IMG/VR virus record: IMGVR_UViG_3300033997_000478
Span: 124,001-188,000 of that record
Length of the DNA: 64,000 nt
Reading direction: 5' to 3' (one strand)
A program made the translations under genes and the position numbers. Below the pieces are notes generated by a model that saw only the letters and a program-made list of their open reading frames with translations, was not told the DNA's origin and ran no database searches. Position 1 is the stretch's first letter, and every line of letters begins with the position of its first letter. Shown piece after piece: positions 53,156 through 62,434 of this stretch.

Positions 53156-53544
53156 TGAGCGAACTGTCCAAACCCCGTATCGTCTGCGCCGCCAACCAGC
53201 TGGTCTTCCGTGATCAGGCCGGTCAAGTCCGTAAGATCGTCATTGCCGGTGCTCGTCATTGCGACAGCATCATGAACCCGATCCGGCATCTGCTGGTCGG
53301 GACGGAATTCGCTGACCCACGCATCGTCCGTGACGGTCATGAGTCGGTACCGCATGGAGAATGGCGCGGTGTCGAAATGCCAGGGCAGGCAGACTATTTC
53401 GACGAAGTCCAAGGCTTCATCGATCAGCACGGGACGTTCTACACCCGTAGCGAAGCATACGTGATCGCCAAGGAGAACGACCAGCTCATCCGGCAGGAAG
53501 GTTGGAACTCCACCGGCAAGCTGTACTCGGAAAACCTGTACTAA
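53155..53544 (+). CDS. Conserved phage protein (IVCAA/RH/QGFIDQ/LYSENLY type)
   Basis: Motif pattern recognised from phage hypothetical proteins. Confidence 0.78.
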   Translation: MSELSKPRIVCAANQLVFRDQAGQVRKIVIAGARHCDSIMNPIRHLLVGTEFADPRIVRDGHESVPHGEWRGVEMPGQADYFDEVQGFIDQHGTFYTRSEAYVIAKENDQLIRQEGWNSTGKLYSENLY

Positions 53545-53554
53545 GGGGAAGGAC

Positions 53555-54100
53555 ATGCCAAAGAAAGGCTACAACCACTCCGGCCGTAAGGTCTGGCGCG
53601 GTACTCTCAAGAACACCGTTCCGCGGCCGCGCTACAAGAAAGCGGTGAAGAAGCGCTTCCACGTGTCGGCCGTTGCCCGCAATGACGGCAACCTCGGTCC
53701 CCACCAAATGGTGATGGGGCAGCGCTACACCATCGTCATCAGTGGTACTAACGCAGACAAGGTCCTCAACGATCTGACCAGTGCCGGTTTCATCGTGGAA
53801 GACGTCATGTCCACCGGAGAATACCAGCGGGCTGTACGCACGGCCAAGCACTCTGATTTCATCGACGCTGCTGAGTCGCGCTCGATCTGGGCTGTGCGTG
53901 CCAAGCACGACCAGAGCAAGGCGCGGCACAGGTTGCGTATCCGGCAGTCGTGGGTGGTCAATTTCCCTGCCGCACTCGACACCCTCAGTCAGTACGGCCA
54001 AGAAATCGCAGGTGTGGCTGAACGGGTGATGTCCTCCCTGAGTGGTTTGCTGGACCAACGCCGGCTGGTGGGTGCGGAGACGATCGATGCCCCGACGTAA
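53555..54100 (+). CDS. Basic hypothetical protein
   Basis: AAGGA SD. Confidence 0.68.
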   Translation: MPKKGYNHSGRKVWRGTLKNTVPRPRYKKAVKKRFHVSAVARNDGNLGPHQMVMGQRYTIVISGTNADKVLNDLTSAGFIVEDVMSTGEYQRAVRTAKHSDFIDAAESRSIWAVRAKHDQSKARHRLRIRQSWVVNFPAALDTLSQYGQEIAGVAERVMSSLSGLLDQRRLVGAETIDAPT

Positions 54101-54431
54101 GTACAAGCTGGTCTATACCGTCCCCGGAAGTCACCCCAAGCTCCACTCCATGCGCTATGAGGAGATCTCAGCACGCACGGATGAAGAGGCTAAGGTGGTC
54201 GGTAAGGAAGTGGCCGAAAAGGCCGGTGGCGAATTCCTGGCGACCTACAGCATGGCCTTCAATGGCGGGGCACGGCGCGACTTCCGCAGGGCCATGCGTT
54301 ACCACAACCCCGAATCCTTCGTGTCGTTCGATCTGAAGCACCGGCACAAGGGTCGACCGATCAAGGGCAAGCGCAATTGCCCGCGCCCCAAGAAGCTGAC
54401 AATGACCAGCCGCGACGTCGGCTTGGACTAG
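54087..54431 (+). CDS. Basic hypothetical protein
   Basis: GGAG SD before ATG 54087. Confidence 0.62.
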   Translation: MPRRKYKLVYTVPGSHPKLHSMRYEEISARTDEEAKVVGKEVAEKAGGEFLATYSMAFNGGARRDFRRAMRYHNPESFVSFDLKHRHKGRPIKGKRNCPRPKKLTMTSRDVGLD

Positions 54432-54441
54432 GAGAAAGGAA

Positions 54442-55674
54442 ATGTCGAAAGTAGGAGAATTCTGGCCGACCAGCACCCCCAAGGATGAGTCGGTAGAAGA
54501 AGGGCCGATCGAAGGTGCTTTCCACCGTATCGAGCGGAGCATCACCGCGCAGGGCGCAGCGGGTCTTTTCACGATGGAGCCGGTGTATGACACCAAGCTC
54601 TTTGATCTGATCGACAAGCCGCTGGAAGTGTTGGCCGGTGTGTCGGTGGTGTTGCGTGATGTGTCATCGCCGATGACCATCTGTGCCTACCAGTTCGTCG
54701 AATACGGCACAGGCATGCGCGTGTGGATCTACGTCGACCTGCTCTGGGGCGAGGGCGTCAAGCCGTGGCTGATTGCCCAAGCTGCGGCAGTGAACCAGAT
54801 CCGTGGTGGTATCTGCTCCATGTTGCTGCCAGCCGGCTACCGACCCTCCATAAGCGACCACGGTTCGCCCGCTCTGCGTCCGGCGATCCAAGCCCAAGAG
54901 AATCTGTGGGAGGACAACAGCTGTATCAACCGCTTCTTCGATCTGCAGGCCCACGTAGCCCAGAAATACCACGCAATGGGTGTCTGGGATAGCGAGATCA
55001 GTATCGAAGCTGGTCAGCCGTACATTGACCAGCATTTTGACAACAACTGGACCACCGAGCTTCGCATCTCCAGCTCGAGTGTTTTGGTGCGTCGTTCGCA
55101 GTGGACCCACATCGAGCAATACTTCGGTAGTCCCTGGTACTGGGCTGACGGTAAACTCATCCCCGAAGCGATGATCAAGGAGCGGCCGGATCGCAACTAC
55201 GACATCCGCAGGTACACCTTCGAACCGGCACCGAGTTGGGACAACCTCCATTCGCTGACCCTGACCGACGCCGGCATGCGGGTGTACGCCAACCTGCCTG
55301 GGTTTGTCACGATGAAAACCGAACTGCCGCAAGTTCAGCTTGACCCCGACGAGTGGGTGCTGATCAGCTGGGCGTGCGAAAACGGCGGCGAGTATACGTC
55401 GAAGGAAACCCACCGCACCATCTCACCTGGGCAAGTACGGGAGTCGTTTGAGGGCCAGCAAAAGATCCACTACCCCACCTGGGAATCGCGGCATGATGAA
55501 TCGGGTAGCCACCAGATCTGGGAGAAGCCCCCCTTCTCCACCGAGTGGGTTCTCACGGAGACCTACCGCACGGACGTACATGGTCGGCGCATCGATCCCA
55601 ACGCTGTTCCTCCGACCCCGAAGTCCAGGGGTTGGTTTGCCCGCCTGCTGTTGCGACTGAACCTGATCAAATGA
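54442..55674 (+). CDS. Hypothetical protein
   Basis: 410 aa; AGGA SD. Confidence 0.75.
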   Translation: MSKVGEFWPTSTPKDESVEEGPIEGAFHRIERSITAQGAAGLFTMEPVYDTKLFDLIDKPLEVLAGVSVVLRDVSSPMTICAYQFVEYGTGMRVWIYVDLLWGEGVKPWLIAQAAAVNQIRGGICSMLLPAGYRPSISDHGSPALRPAIQAQENLWEDNSCINRFFDLQAHVAQKYHAMGVWDSEISIEAGQPYIDQHFDNNWTTELRISSSSVLVRRSQWTHIEQYFGSPWYWADGKLIPEAMIKERPDRNYDIRRYTFEPAPSWDNLHSLTLTDAGMRVYANLPGFVTMKTELPQVQLDPDEWVLISWACENGGEYTSKETHRTISPGQVRESFEGQQKIHYPTWESRHDESGSHQIWEKPPFSTEWVLTETYRTDVHGRRIDPNAVPPTPKSRGWFARLLLRLNLIK

Positions 55675-55847
55675 TCCACGTCAAGCCTGACAAGCTCTTC
55701 CCCGGTCAACCCGACCGGGGATCGCTGTCCAATGCTGCTATCGAGTCAGCTCGAGAAATCCGGCAGCGCATGTGGGAAGCTGCTCAAGCAGCACAGACAG
55801 GAATGGCCCAGCAACGCAAGGCCTTCCAAGACTACCTCAAGACCTGA
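55671..55847 (+). CDS. Small hypothetical protein
   Basis: ATGA overlap. Confidence 0.55.
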   Translation: MIHVKPDKLFPGQPDRGSLSNAAIESAREIRQRMWEAAQAAQTGMAQQRKAFQDYLKT

Positions 55848-55856
55848 TCACCTCCA

Positions 55857-56330
55857 ATGCTCACACCCGTCACGTTCGAACAAGAACGCCAAGCGCAGGC
55901 CTATGCGCACATCGCCCGCACCGTCGCCCGTTTGGCCCATAAGGACCAATTGGATCTGGGTGGGAATCTCTACATCGAACATGCCCAGTACGTGGGTCGG
56001 TTCGAGAACTACCATACGGCCAAGGTGGTGGGCCTGTTGCATGACGTACTGGAAGTTGACGGGTGGTCGATCAAGCGGTTGAGCGATTACGGGTTTCCGG
56101 AGTTCATCTTGGAGCGCCTGTTGCTGTTGTATCGACCGCAGGGGATGTCCTACAGCCAGTACATCCAGCGCTTGGCGGTGGATGAGATTTGCCGACTGGT
56201 CAAGATCCGTGACCTACGGCACAACATGCGTCCGGAGCGACTGATCCGGTTCGATGATGCTGCGGTGGCTCGGATCAAGAAGTACCACCGCTGGTATCTG
56301 TTCCTCAAGTCCTACGTACCGGAGAAGTGA
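55857..56330 (+). CDS. HD-domain protein, RelA/SpoT-hydrolase (Mesh1/SAH)-like
   Basis: AHKDQLD.GG..YIEH...LLHDVLE...VKIRDLRHN. Confidence 0.82.
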   Translation: MLTPVTFEQERQAQAYAHIARTVARLAHKDQLDLGGNLYIEHAQYVGRFENYHTAKVVGLLHDVLEVDGWSIKRLSDYGFPEFILERLLLLYRPQGMSYSQYIQRLAVDEICRLVKIRDLRHNMRPERLIRFDDAAVARIKKYHRWYLFLKSYVPEK

Positions 56331-56331
56331 G

Positions 56332-56547
56332 ATGGAAGAAACCAACAAAGCCTTCGAAGGTCTGAGGGCATGGGTTGTAAGTTTCCGTGCTGCCGTGCGG
56401 CAACTGGTGGAACGCATGATGGGGTCGATCAGCGCAGTTCTGCGAATCTACTACGTCCAGCGCGATCTGCGTGGCCGCTTCGTCCACAACCACAAGGGCA
56501 AGTCGCGCCGTCACCACGCTACGCCCCGCCGCTACCTTTGGTGTTAG
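56332..56547 (+). CDS. Hypothetical protein
   Basis: GGAG SD. Confidence 0.55.
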   Translation: MEETNKAFEGLRAWVVSFRAAVRQLVERMMGSISAVLRIYYVQRDLRGRFVHNHKGKSRRHHATPRRYLWC

Positions 56548-56549
56548 CG

Positions 56550-56768
56550 ATGAAAGCTTGGATACGACGTTGGGCCGCTGCGTCCGATGAGACCCCGATG
56601 GAGACCGGGTTCATCTTGGGCGCGATAGCCGCAGTGATCCTGATCATTGGAGTGGTGGCCACCGGTAGTACTTTCGGCCAGCGTTGTGCGAAGGTGGCTC
56701 CGAAGGACTCTCCCGAATGGCACCAATGCATCAAAGACCTGACCGCCGGCAAGAAAGAAAAGGACTGA
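56550..56768 (+). CDS. Small membrane protein with a Cys pair
   Basis: TM followed by TFGQRC...WHQC. Confidence 0.62.
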   Translation: MKAWIRRWAAASDETPMETGFILGAIAAVILIIGVVATGSTFGQRCAKVAPKDSPEWHQCIKDLTAGKKEKD

Positions 56769-56769
56769 C

Positions 56770-57393
56770 ATGAACAACACCCGTATTCCCGATCTCCACT
56801 ACCACCTGACCATCGGTGTGACGTTGGAGCAGTTTTTCAAGCAACCGATCAACAGGGCCATCGACGCCGAAGATACCGCGGTGGCCTACGGTACGATCAA
56901 GCAGCTCGACGGCATCCCGCACTCCCTGGCAGTACATGCCTACGAAACCCGGCCGTGGAACCAGCGCACCCATGCGCGACTGGAGCGTTTCACGATCGAG
57001 TTCGTCCAATCCATCCCGGATCAGCCTACCGAGCTGTCTGTGAAGGAACTGGAGATCTTGTTGTTGAGCAAGGGCAATGTGGAGCTGTTTGCCGACATCC
57101 AGAAGCGTCTGGGCGTCGAAGCCACTCGCTGGAGCAAGGCGTGGGCCAACCACTACAGCCGCTCGATCACCAACGCGACGGTGGTGTATTTCATTTCTCA
57201 GACCAACGTAATACCTCGTGTGGACTACGAATGGGCACGGGGACACCTCAACCGCGAAGTTATCAAGAAGGTCTGCGAGACGGCCTTGCAGCAGGTGTTT
57301 TTCGGGGATGGTCGTTTGGCAGACTTCACCAGCTTTGGCATGAAGGATGTCAAGTTGAACCTGAAGGAAGGGACGGTCGAAGTAGAACTGTAA
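56770..57393 (+). CDS. Hypothetical protein
   Basis: AAGGA SD. Confidence 0.72.
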   Translation: MNNTRIPDLHYHLTIGVTLEQFFKQPINRAIDAEDTAVAYGTIKQLDGIPHSLAVHAYETRPWNQRTHARLERFTIEFVQSIPDQPTELSVKELEILLLSKGNVELFADIQKRLGVEATRWSKAWANHYSRSITNATVVYFISQTNVIPRVDYEWARGHLNREVIKKVCETALQQVFFGDGRLADFTSFGMKDVKLNLKEGTVEVEL

Positions 57394-57404
57394 CAGGGGG
57401 CAAC

Positions 57405-57806
57405 ATGGAAAACGCATTGAGTCCGTTGCAACACGCGCTGGTCGTGCTCGGGGAAGAGGCTGCCGAGGTCAGCGAAGGGGCAATGGACATTGCGCAACGC
57501 GCTGCGCGTATCTCGCAAATCGCACAGAAGGCTTTGCGCTTTGGCATTGAAGACTATCACCCGATCAAGAGGATGATCAATCTGGCTCACATGCAAGACG
57601 AGCTCAGTGACTTGATGGGGGCGATTCGTCTTTTCAATGTCGAACTGGAAAAGGCGGGTCTACCGCCGCTACGTACGGATGATGAAGCCCGTATCCAAAG
57701 GAAGATGAACCGCATCGTGATCTATTCAGATCGCAGTCTGCGCTCTGGAAAGCTATCCGGCTTCCTCGATTACGGCCTCAACTCCAAAGCGGAGGTGACG
57801 TCGTAG
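57405..57806 (+). CDS. MazG-like nucleotide pyrophosphohydrolase
   Basis: LGEEAAEV...KALRFG...DELSDL (ExxE...ExxD). Confidence 0.72.
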   Translation: MENALSPLQHALVVLGEEAAEVSEGAMDIAQRAARISQIAQKALRFGIEDYHPIKRMINLAHMQDELSDLMGAIRLFNVELEKAGLPPLRTDDEARIQRKMNRIVIYSDRSLRSGKLSGFLDYGLNSKAEVTS

Positions 57807-57837
57807 TTCGGGGCACTACGACTAGAAGGTAATCCCA

Positions 57838-58722
57838 ATGCAAGCTGATGAAAAGTACTCGCTGCGCTTACTGAGTCCCAGTGAGCGCGTGAGATTGGCA
57901 GTGGAGTACAACCACGAAGCTGCCGGTCGACTCAAGGGCGAGAAGCTGGACGAGAACGAAGCCCTACTCGATCCCAGTCGGGTGCGTGAGATTTTGCGCA
58001 TCCTCGATGAAACCGATGTGCCTGTTCTCACCACCCAGCTCTCGCTGGAGGAATTGGACTTCCTGTACGGTCTGGACAGCGCCCTACGTCGGCCGCACCG
58101 TCAGCTTAAGCTGTTGTCCTCTTACCTCAGTCATGGTCAGTTGGCTGAGCTGGAAGAGATCTTTGCCAGCGCCAGCATCGATTACCTCTCCGACAGCCGG
58201 ACAGGACCGATGGTGCGTTTGCAGATCACCGCCGCCACCCCTGAACTGGCTGAGCGGCATCGGGAGTTGCACACCGAGTGGGTGCGTCAGAACCACAACG
58301 TGATGGTCAAGGGCTTGGATGAGGTGTCCTGGCTGCTGGCCGAACATACCAACAGAAACTCTGCCCCGCAGAGCTATACTGGTATGATCACTCCCTCACG
58401 GGCCAATTGGCAGGCTGACACGACCAACTGGCGTGAGCAGCTCAACAATGACGCCCAGCGTTACCCGGAGTTTGCGCCCATTCGCCAATGGATCATCCAG
58501 CAGGTGATGGACAAGGAAGCACGGCAACCCCAGAAGCTGCTACTGGATACTCCCAGTGCAGTACTGCGGGTCACCGGGGTCAAGGACAATGGCATGCTCC
58601 AACTGTCCAGTAACTTGGACAGCGAGCTTAGCTATGATTCGGAACTGCCCTACAGCTTCGTTCGCCCTGAACGTAATGACGGTACCTACCGTCTGTACCT
58701 GTCGGCAGTCTCTTCGCTCTGA
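57838..58722 (+). CDS. Hypothetical protein
   Basis: 294 aa ORF. Confidence 0.7.
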   Translation: MQADEKYSLRLLSPSERVRLAVEYNHEAAGRLKGEKLDENEALLDPSRVREILRILDETDVPVLTTQLSLEELDFLYGLDSALRRPHRQLKLLSSYLSHGQLAELEEIFASASIDYLSDSRTGPMVRLQITAATPELAERHRELHTEWVRQNHNVMVKGLDEVSWLLAEHTNRNSAPQSYTGMITPSRANWQADTTNWREQLNNDAQRYPEFAPIRQWIIQQVMDKEARQPQKLLLDTPSAVLRVTGVKDNGMLQLSSNLDSELSYDSELPYSFVRPERNDGTYRLYLSAVSSL

Positions 58723-58740
58723 TTAAGCTCGGGAGGGCTT

Positions 58741-59424
58741 ATGGAAGGTGATTTGACGCAAGTCCAGCTGGAGAAGATCTGCTGGCTGGCGTGTCGACGG
58801 TTGGCCTCGATCCACGTACCAGCAGCCGAAGACGGCGACATGCCCAATCGGGTCTGGTACTTTGCCAACTACCTGATTCACGTAGGTGGGGTTCCTTACC
58901 ACCTGATGTTGGCCCCGCAGTATGACAACACCGAGCTGGCTGAAGAGAACTTGGAGGCCTACGCTCGCAATGGGTTGGATGGCGCGTTGAATCACCTGCT
59001 GAGCTATCACGGCTTGAAGGTGGCTGAGCGTGTCACCGAGGGCGATCATCGTGGTATGTCGGAGGAAGACTGGCGTACGATCTTCCGCTTGATGTGCAAC
59101 GAAGAAATCTACCTGTCCTTTGTGACCAACAAGGAAAGGCGGTTGGCGCTGGATTGGTTGCCGGTGGTAATCAACAACAGCATCTTCTACGTGGCCTCTA
59201 CCGATGGTACGGTGGCCTATCTGAGCTATCTGCCCAAGATCCGGACGATGTTTGACCGGTGGGGCTCTGACGGGCTGCACGCGTGGTCGGCCCATCAGCG
59301 TGGGGAGAAACCTCTGCCCAAGTATGACACCGCCTCGTTCCGCGAAGCGCTTGCTTACAGCAAGCGTACCCATGGGGTGGGCTCGTACGAGTATTTCCAG
59401 CAGAGCTTGCAACAAGCAGCATAA
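58741..59424 (+). CDS. Hypothetical protein ending in Ala-Ala
   Basis: GGAGG SD; terminator at 59430-59451. Confidence 0.72.
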   Translation: MEGDLTQVQLEKICWLACRRLASIHVPAAEDGDMPNRVWYFANYLIHVGGVPYHLMLAPQYDNTELAEENLEAYARNGLDGALNHLLSYHGLKVAERVTEGDHRGMSEEDWRTIFRLMCNEEIYLSFVTNKERRLALDWLPVVINNSIFYVASTDGTVAYLSYLPKIRTMFDRWGSDGLHAWSAHQRGEKPLPKYDTASFREALAYSKRTHGVGSYEYFQQSLQQAA

Positions 59425-59471
59425 ACCGGCGCCCCTTCGGGGGCGCTTTTATTCCGTCAAGAGGGATTGCA

Positions 59472-59843
59472 ATGGAAGAGAAGTACGAGCACGCAGGGCG
59501 CGATCCGCGTCCGTTGGTCCCGCCGGGTCGTCACGTCGGTATGGCTGGTTGCCACTGGGTGGCCCATGTCGATTACGACGGTCGGTCACTGGGTTCGCCG
59601 GAAGTCTACCAGTGGCAGCCGTTTGCCAAGAAGTGGTGTCGTCCCAACGAACACGCCTCTGATCGCAACCTGGATCTGGTCAACTACCGCTGGGTGGCAC
59701 CGTGCCCGCTGCCGGTGACTGCGCCGGAGTACAACGAGGTCAAGGCTACGTTGACCAAGATCAAGAACGGGGAGAAGGTCTCGCCCGAGCAGATGGAACA
59801 GCTCATGCTGATCTTCCATGAGCAGGTCTTCCCCTACGCGTAA
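59472..59843 (+). CDS. Hypothetical protein
   Basis: GAGG SD. Confidence 0.68.
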   Translation: MEEKYEHAGRDPRPLVPPGRHVGMAGCHWVAHVDYDGRSLGSPEVYQWQPFAKKWCRPNEHASDRNLDLVNYRWVAPCPLPVTAPEYNEVKATLTKIKNGEKVSPEQMEQLMLIFHEQVFPYA

Positions 59844-59851
59844 GTCTTCAC

Positions 59852-60054
59852 GTAGGGGTTTGATGATTTGAACAAGTGCGATCCGAATGACGATGGCAAG
59901 TGAGTCGTTGGTAGATGCGCATGACCTGGGTAAGCTGTAGGTGGATAACCAGGACCAGGCGACCTTTGTTAGCTTCTGAGCGCAGAGGTTACGGACTAGC
60001 CGAGCACGTATGTGATGTTGGGGAGAGAGGGAACGCCGTATAGCCACCCCCTAC
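59852..60054 (+). ncRNA. Candidate structured ncRNA C (about 200 nt)
   Basis: Intergenic; several helices and a possible loop-loop pairing AAGCTG/TAGCTT. Confidence 0.45.
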
Positions 60055-60089
60055 ACATGTGCGATAACCTTCGTAGTTTTGGAGTGTTG

Positions 60090-60359
60090 ATGAAGATCAA
60101 GCAGTTTATCAAGGACGTGCGTGCGTTCAGTCAACAGCTGCGCTACTTGTTCGTAGCCATCTGGAACGGCGAGATCGTCTTCCGTGAAGATGGTCAGATT
60201 GGTTGTCGGAACATCGCCATCGGAATCAAATCCGAGCAAACCTTCGACGACTCGGTGATCGACGCTGAGATTGTGAGGACTGATGAGCAACAACCGCTTG
60301 CGCTCTCTGAGCGAAGAACAATTGCAGGACCTGATCCATCGAGCGGACAAGACGCTTGA
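60090..60359 (+). CDS. Hypothetical protein
   Basis: GGAG SD; overlaps the next ORF by 77 nt. Confidence 0.5.
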   Translation: MKIKQFIKDVRAFSQQLRYLFVAIWNGEIVFREDGQIGCRNIAIGIKSEQTFDDSVIDAEIVRTDEQQPLALSERRTIAGPDPSSGQDA

Positions 60360-60507
60360 TGAACTGGAAGGACTGATCGCTGAGGAGCAAAAGCTCACTC
60401 ACGAAAAGAACCAACATGTTTTCCTCTGTGAGGCACGGCAGTGTTTGACAGGCTTTCGTCTGAGTGCAACAAACGTGCATGCACGCAAGCGTATCCTCGG
60501 ACGATAA
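60283..60507 (+). CDS. Small coiled-coil hypothetical protein
   Basis: GAGG SD. Confidence 0.55.
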   Translation: MSNNRLRSLSEEQLQDLIHRADKTLDELEGLIAEEQKLTHEKNQHVFLCEARQCLTGFRLSATNVHARKRILGR

Positions 60508-60509
60508 CG

Positions 60510-61098
60510 AACCCAAGGCAAGGACTGGTAAGAACAAGCATCTCAGAAAGCAGTCGGAAACTACAACTGGTATTCAGTCGTCCCTGTCGATACGTACCCT
60601 CGCTGAAACCTGCAAAGGTGGAGAGGGATTCCTGCGTGTTGGCACATAAGGGGAGAGAAGCCCAGGTCGCGGTGAGGAAGAAACGCGATGAGTAAAGACG
60701 CGGTATCGTGCCGTCCCCGTACTGAGGGAGGGCATTAAGCGATACGTGGTGCAATCCCACACTTTCTGAGGTGCTCTTGAATCACGTCGTCCTGGACCGT
60801 TGGGAAAACCAAGTACCGAGAAGTGCAAGCGTTGCTCCGGCGATGCAAGCATGAAGTGTCCTGTGCCCGACGTGGGCGAAATCAGCCAGCTTGGGGTGCA
60901 AGGCTGATGGGTCCTGACTTAAAGCAATGCGTGTCGCCAGTCAGCGACATATCTAACCCTGCTACGTTACAGCTACCGGGAGACGCCACTCGGGAGGCTG
61001 CTCGACAACGCCTGTTTGAGTTAGAGGTGCGGGCTAGAACTGGCGTGGCTGCCAGAGATCCCCAAACTTGGCTTGACAGGCTGGACCTAATCTAGCTT
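60510..61098 (+). ncRNA. Candidate large structured ncRNA D (about 590 nt)
   Basis: 14-bp long-range helix 60537-60550/60762-60775, many hairpins, no credible ORF, ends at a strong terminator. Confidence 0.6.
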
Positions 61099-61099
61099 T

Positions 61100-61130
61100 A
61101 GACCCCCCTCCTTCGGGAGGGGGTCTTTTA
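61100..61130 (+). terminator. Intrinsic terminator
   Basis: ccccctcc-TTCG-ggaggggg followed by tctttt. Confidence 0.8.
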
Positions 61131-61170
61131 TACCGGGTGCAACATAGACCCTTCAAGAAGTGAGAAGAAC

Positions 61171-61617
61171 ATGACTTTGAGAAGCCTGAGTGAATTGGAA
61201 GTGTTGCCGTGCCAGTTGTACGTGCAACCCAAAGGCGAACGCAAGTATCGAGTGGTGGACATCGTAAGTCCGGTACCGGTACCGGATGGAATTGGGCCGT
61301 TCACGGCCACCTTCCACATCGCCTCTGGTTGTCCTGAGCCCGCCTTGACGTTGCGGTGGCCGGTGCCTGACAACCATCGCATGAAGAAAGAAACATTCCT
61401 GAACCTGTGTTACTCCCAGGCGGAGTATTTCAACGCCCAGCTGTTGAAGCTCGGCGGTCAATACCGTGTCACAGCGTTCGACCAAACTTACCAGGTCGCT
61501 GAAGATCGCTTCGATACGCATCGCTACACGATTCCTTTCAGTCCGTTCGAACTGGTGGCCGTGGAAGGTAATCCCTGCATCAGTCCGTACAACGCTGCCG
61601 TCGAGCCAAGTGAATAA
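61171..61617 (+). CDS. Hypothetical protein
   Basis: ORF track; terminator at 61624-61648. Confidence 0.68.
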   Translation: MTLRSLSELEVLPCQLYVQPKGERKYRVVDIVSPVPVPDGIGPFTATFHIASGCPEPALTLRWPVPDNHRMKKETFLNLCYSQAEYFNAQLLKLGGQYRVTAFDQTYQVAEDRFDTHRYTIPFSPFELVAVEGNPCISPYNAAVEPSE

Positions 61618-61668
61618 CCAGATCCCCGCCTTCGGGCGGGGCCTTTATATCTCCAACAAGGAAATGCA

Positions 61669-62103
61669 GTGAACGAATACAACATGAACCCGAACTCCGT
61701 ATTCCAGCGGATGATCGAAGAGCGCCAGCGTAAGTTGGACGCAGAGCTGGCCGGTGTCGAGCAGGAAGATGCGGCGACCCTGCTCTCCCACATCAACGAA
61801 GTGAAACTGCAAATTCCGGACCTGGGTGCTTACATCCAGTGGCATGTCAACAACATGGGTACGGTGGGCGCCGACGGCGACCTGCCGGTCAGGCAGCACA
61901 CGATCGCCCTGACACTGTTGCGCCTGCGGGCTTGGGTCACCAAGTACTACGACGAATCCAAACTGGAGGGTTCGGAGATCCATTTCATGCGAGTCAAGCT
62001 GGAGATCCTGAAGCGTCAGCTCGACACGCTGTTTGACAGGACTGGTCTGGAGCCGTGGCCGGAATGCGAGAAGTCCTTGCAGGAGTATTGGGAAAGCTTC
62101 TGA
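61669..62103 (+). CDS. Hypothetical protein
   Basis: AAGGA SD; GTG start. Confidence 0.7.
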   Translation: MNEYNMNPNSVFQRMIEERQRKLDAELAGVEQEDAATLLSHINEVKLQIPDLGAYIQWHVNNMGTVGADGDLPVRQHTIALTLLRLRAWVTKYYDESKLEGSEIHFMRVKLEILKRQLDTLFDRTGLEPWPECEKSLQEYWESF

Positions 62104-62122
62104 ACGAGTTATGGAGTTTGAA

Positions 62123-62434
62123 ATGTTCAACTGGTTCAAAGAAAGGCGCCGCCGCAAGGACATGGCCCAGATGCTGGCTGCCGAGTTGATCAACCTCTGC
62201 GAAACCCTGAAGATGACGCGGGGTGAGATTGTCGAGATGTTGATCATCAATCAAGGCGTGCTCGAAGAGTTCGATTGGGACGGACCTGAAGAAGGGCGCC
62301 GTAAGCGTTACTTCGAATTCCTGGTGGAGCAGAATCTGGTGCCCGTCAAACGGCTGGAACTGCTCAGGACCAACCCGGACATCGAAGCACAGCTTCAAAC
62401 CTGGTTCGAGCAACCCTCGCTCATCCAGTTGTAA
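62123..62434 (+). CDS. Hypothetical protein
   Basis: GGAG SD before ATG 62123. Confidence 0.68.
   Translation: MFNWFKERRRRKDMAQMLAAELINLCETLKMTRGEIVEMLIINQGVLEEFDWDGPEEGRRKRYFEFLVEQNLVPVKRLELLRTNPDIEAQLQTWFEQPSLIQL

Noticed and set aside
17181-57806. Genome-wide TAG recoding suggested by the CUA tRNA-like gene
   Set aside because: Genes are intact in the standard code; read-through of TAG stops at 17594, 54431, 56547 and 57806 gives no in-frame fusion with the next gene.
59400-59424. C-terminal Ala-Ala as a ClpXP degron linked to the SspB module
   Set aside because: Two residues are too little evidence and are expected by chance among more than 100 ORFs.
59876-61000. Group II intron (GTGCG at 59876; AGC...AC-bulge hairpin near 60971-61000)
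   Set aside because: The domain V resemblance is poor, there is no domain VI or RT ORF, and no interrupted gene.
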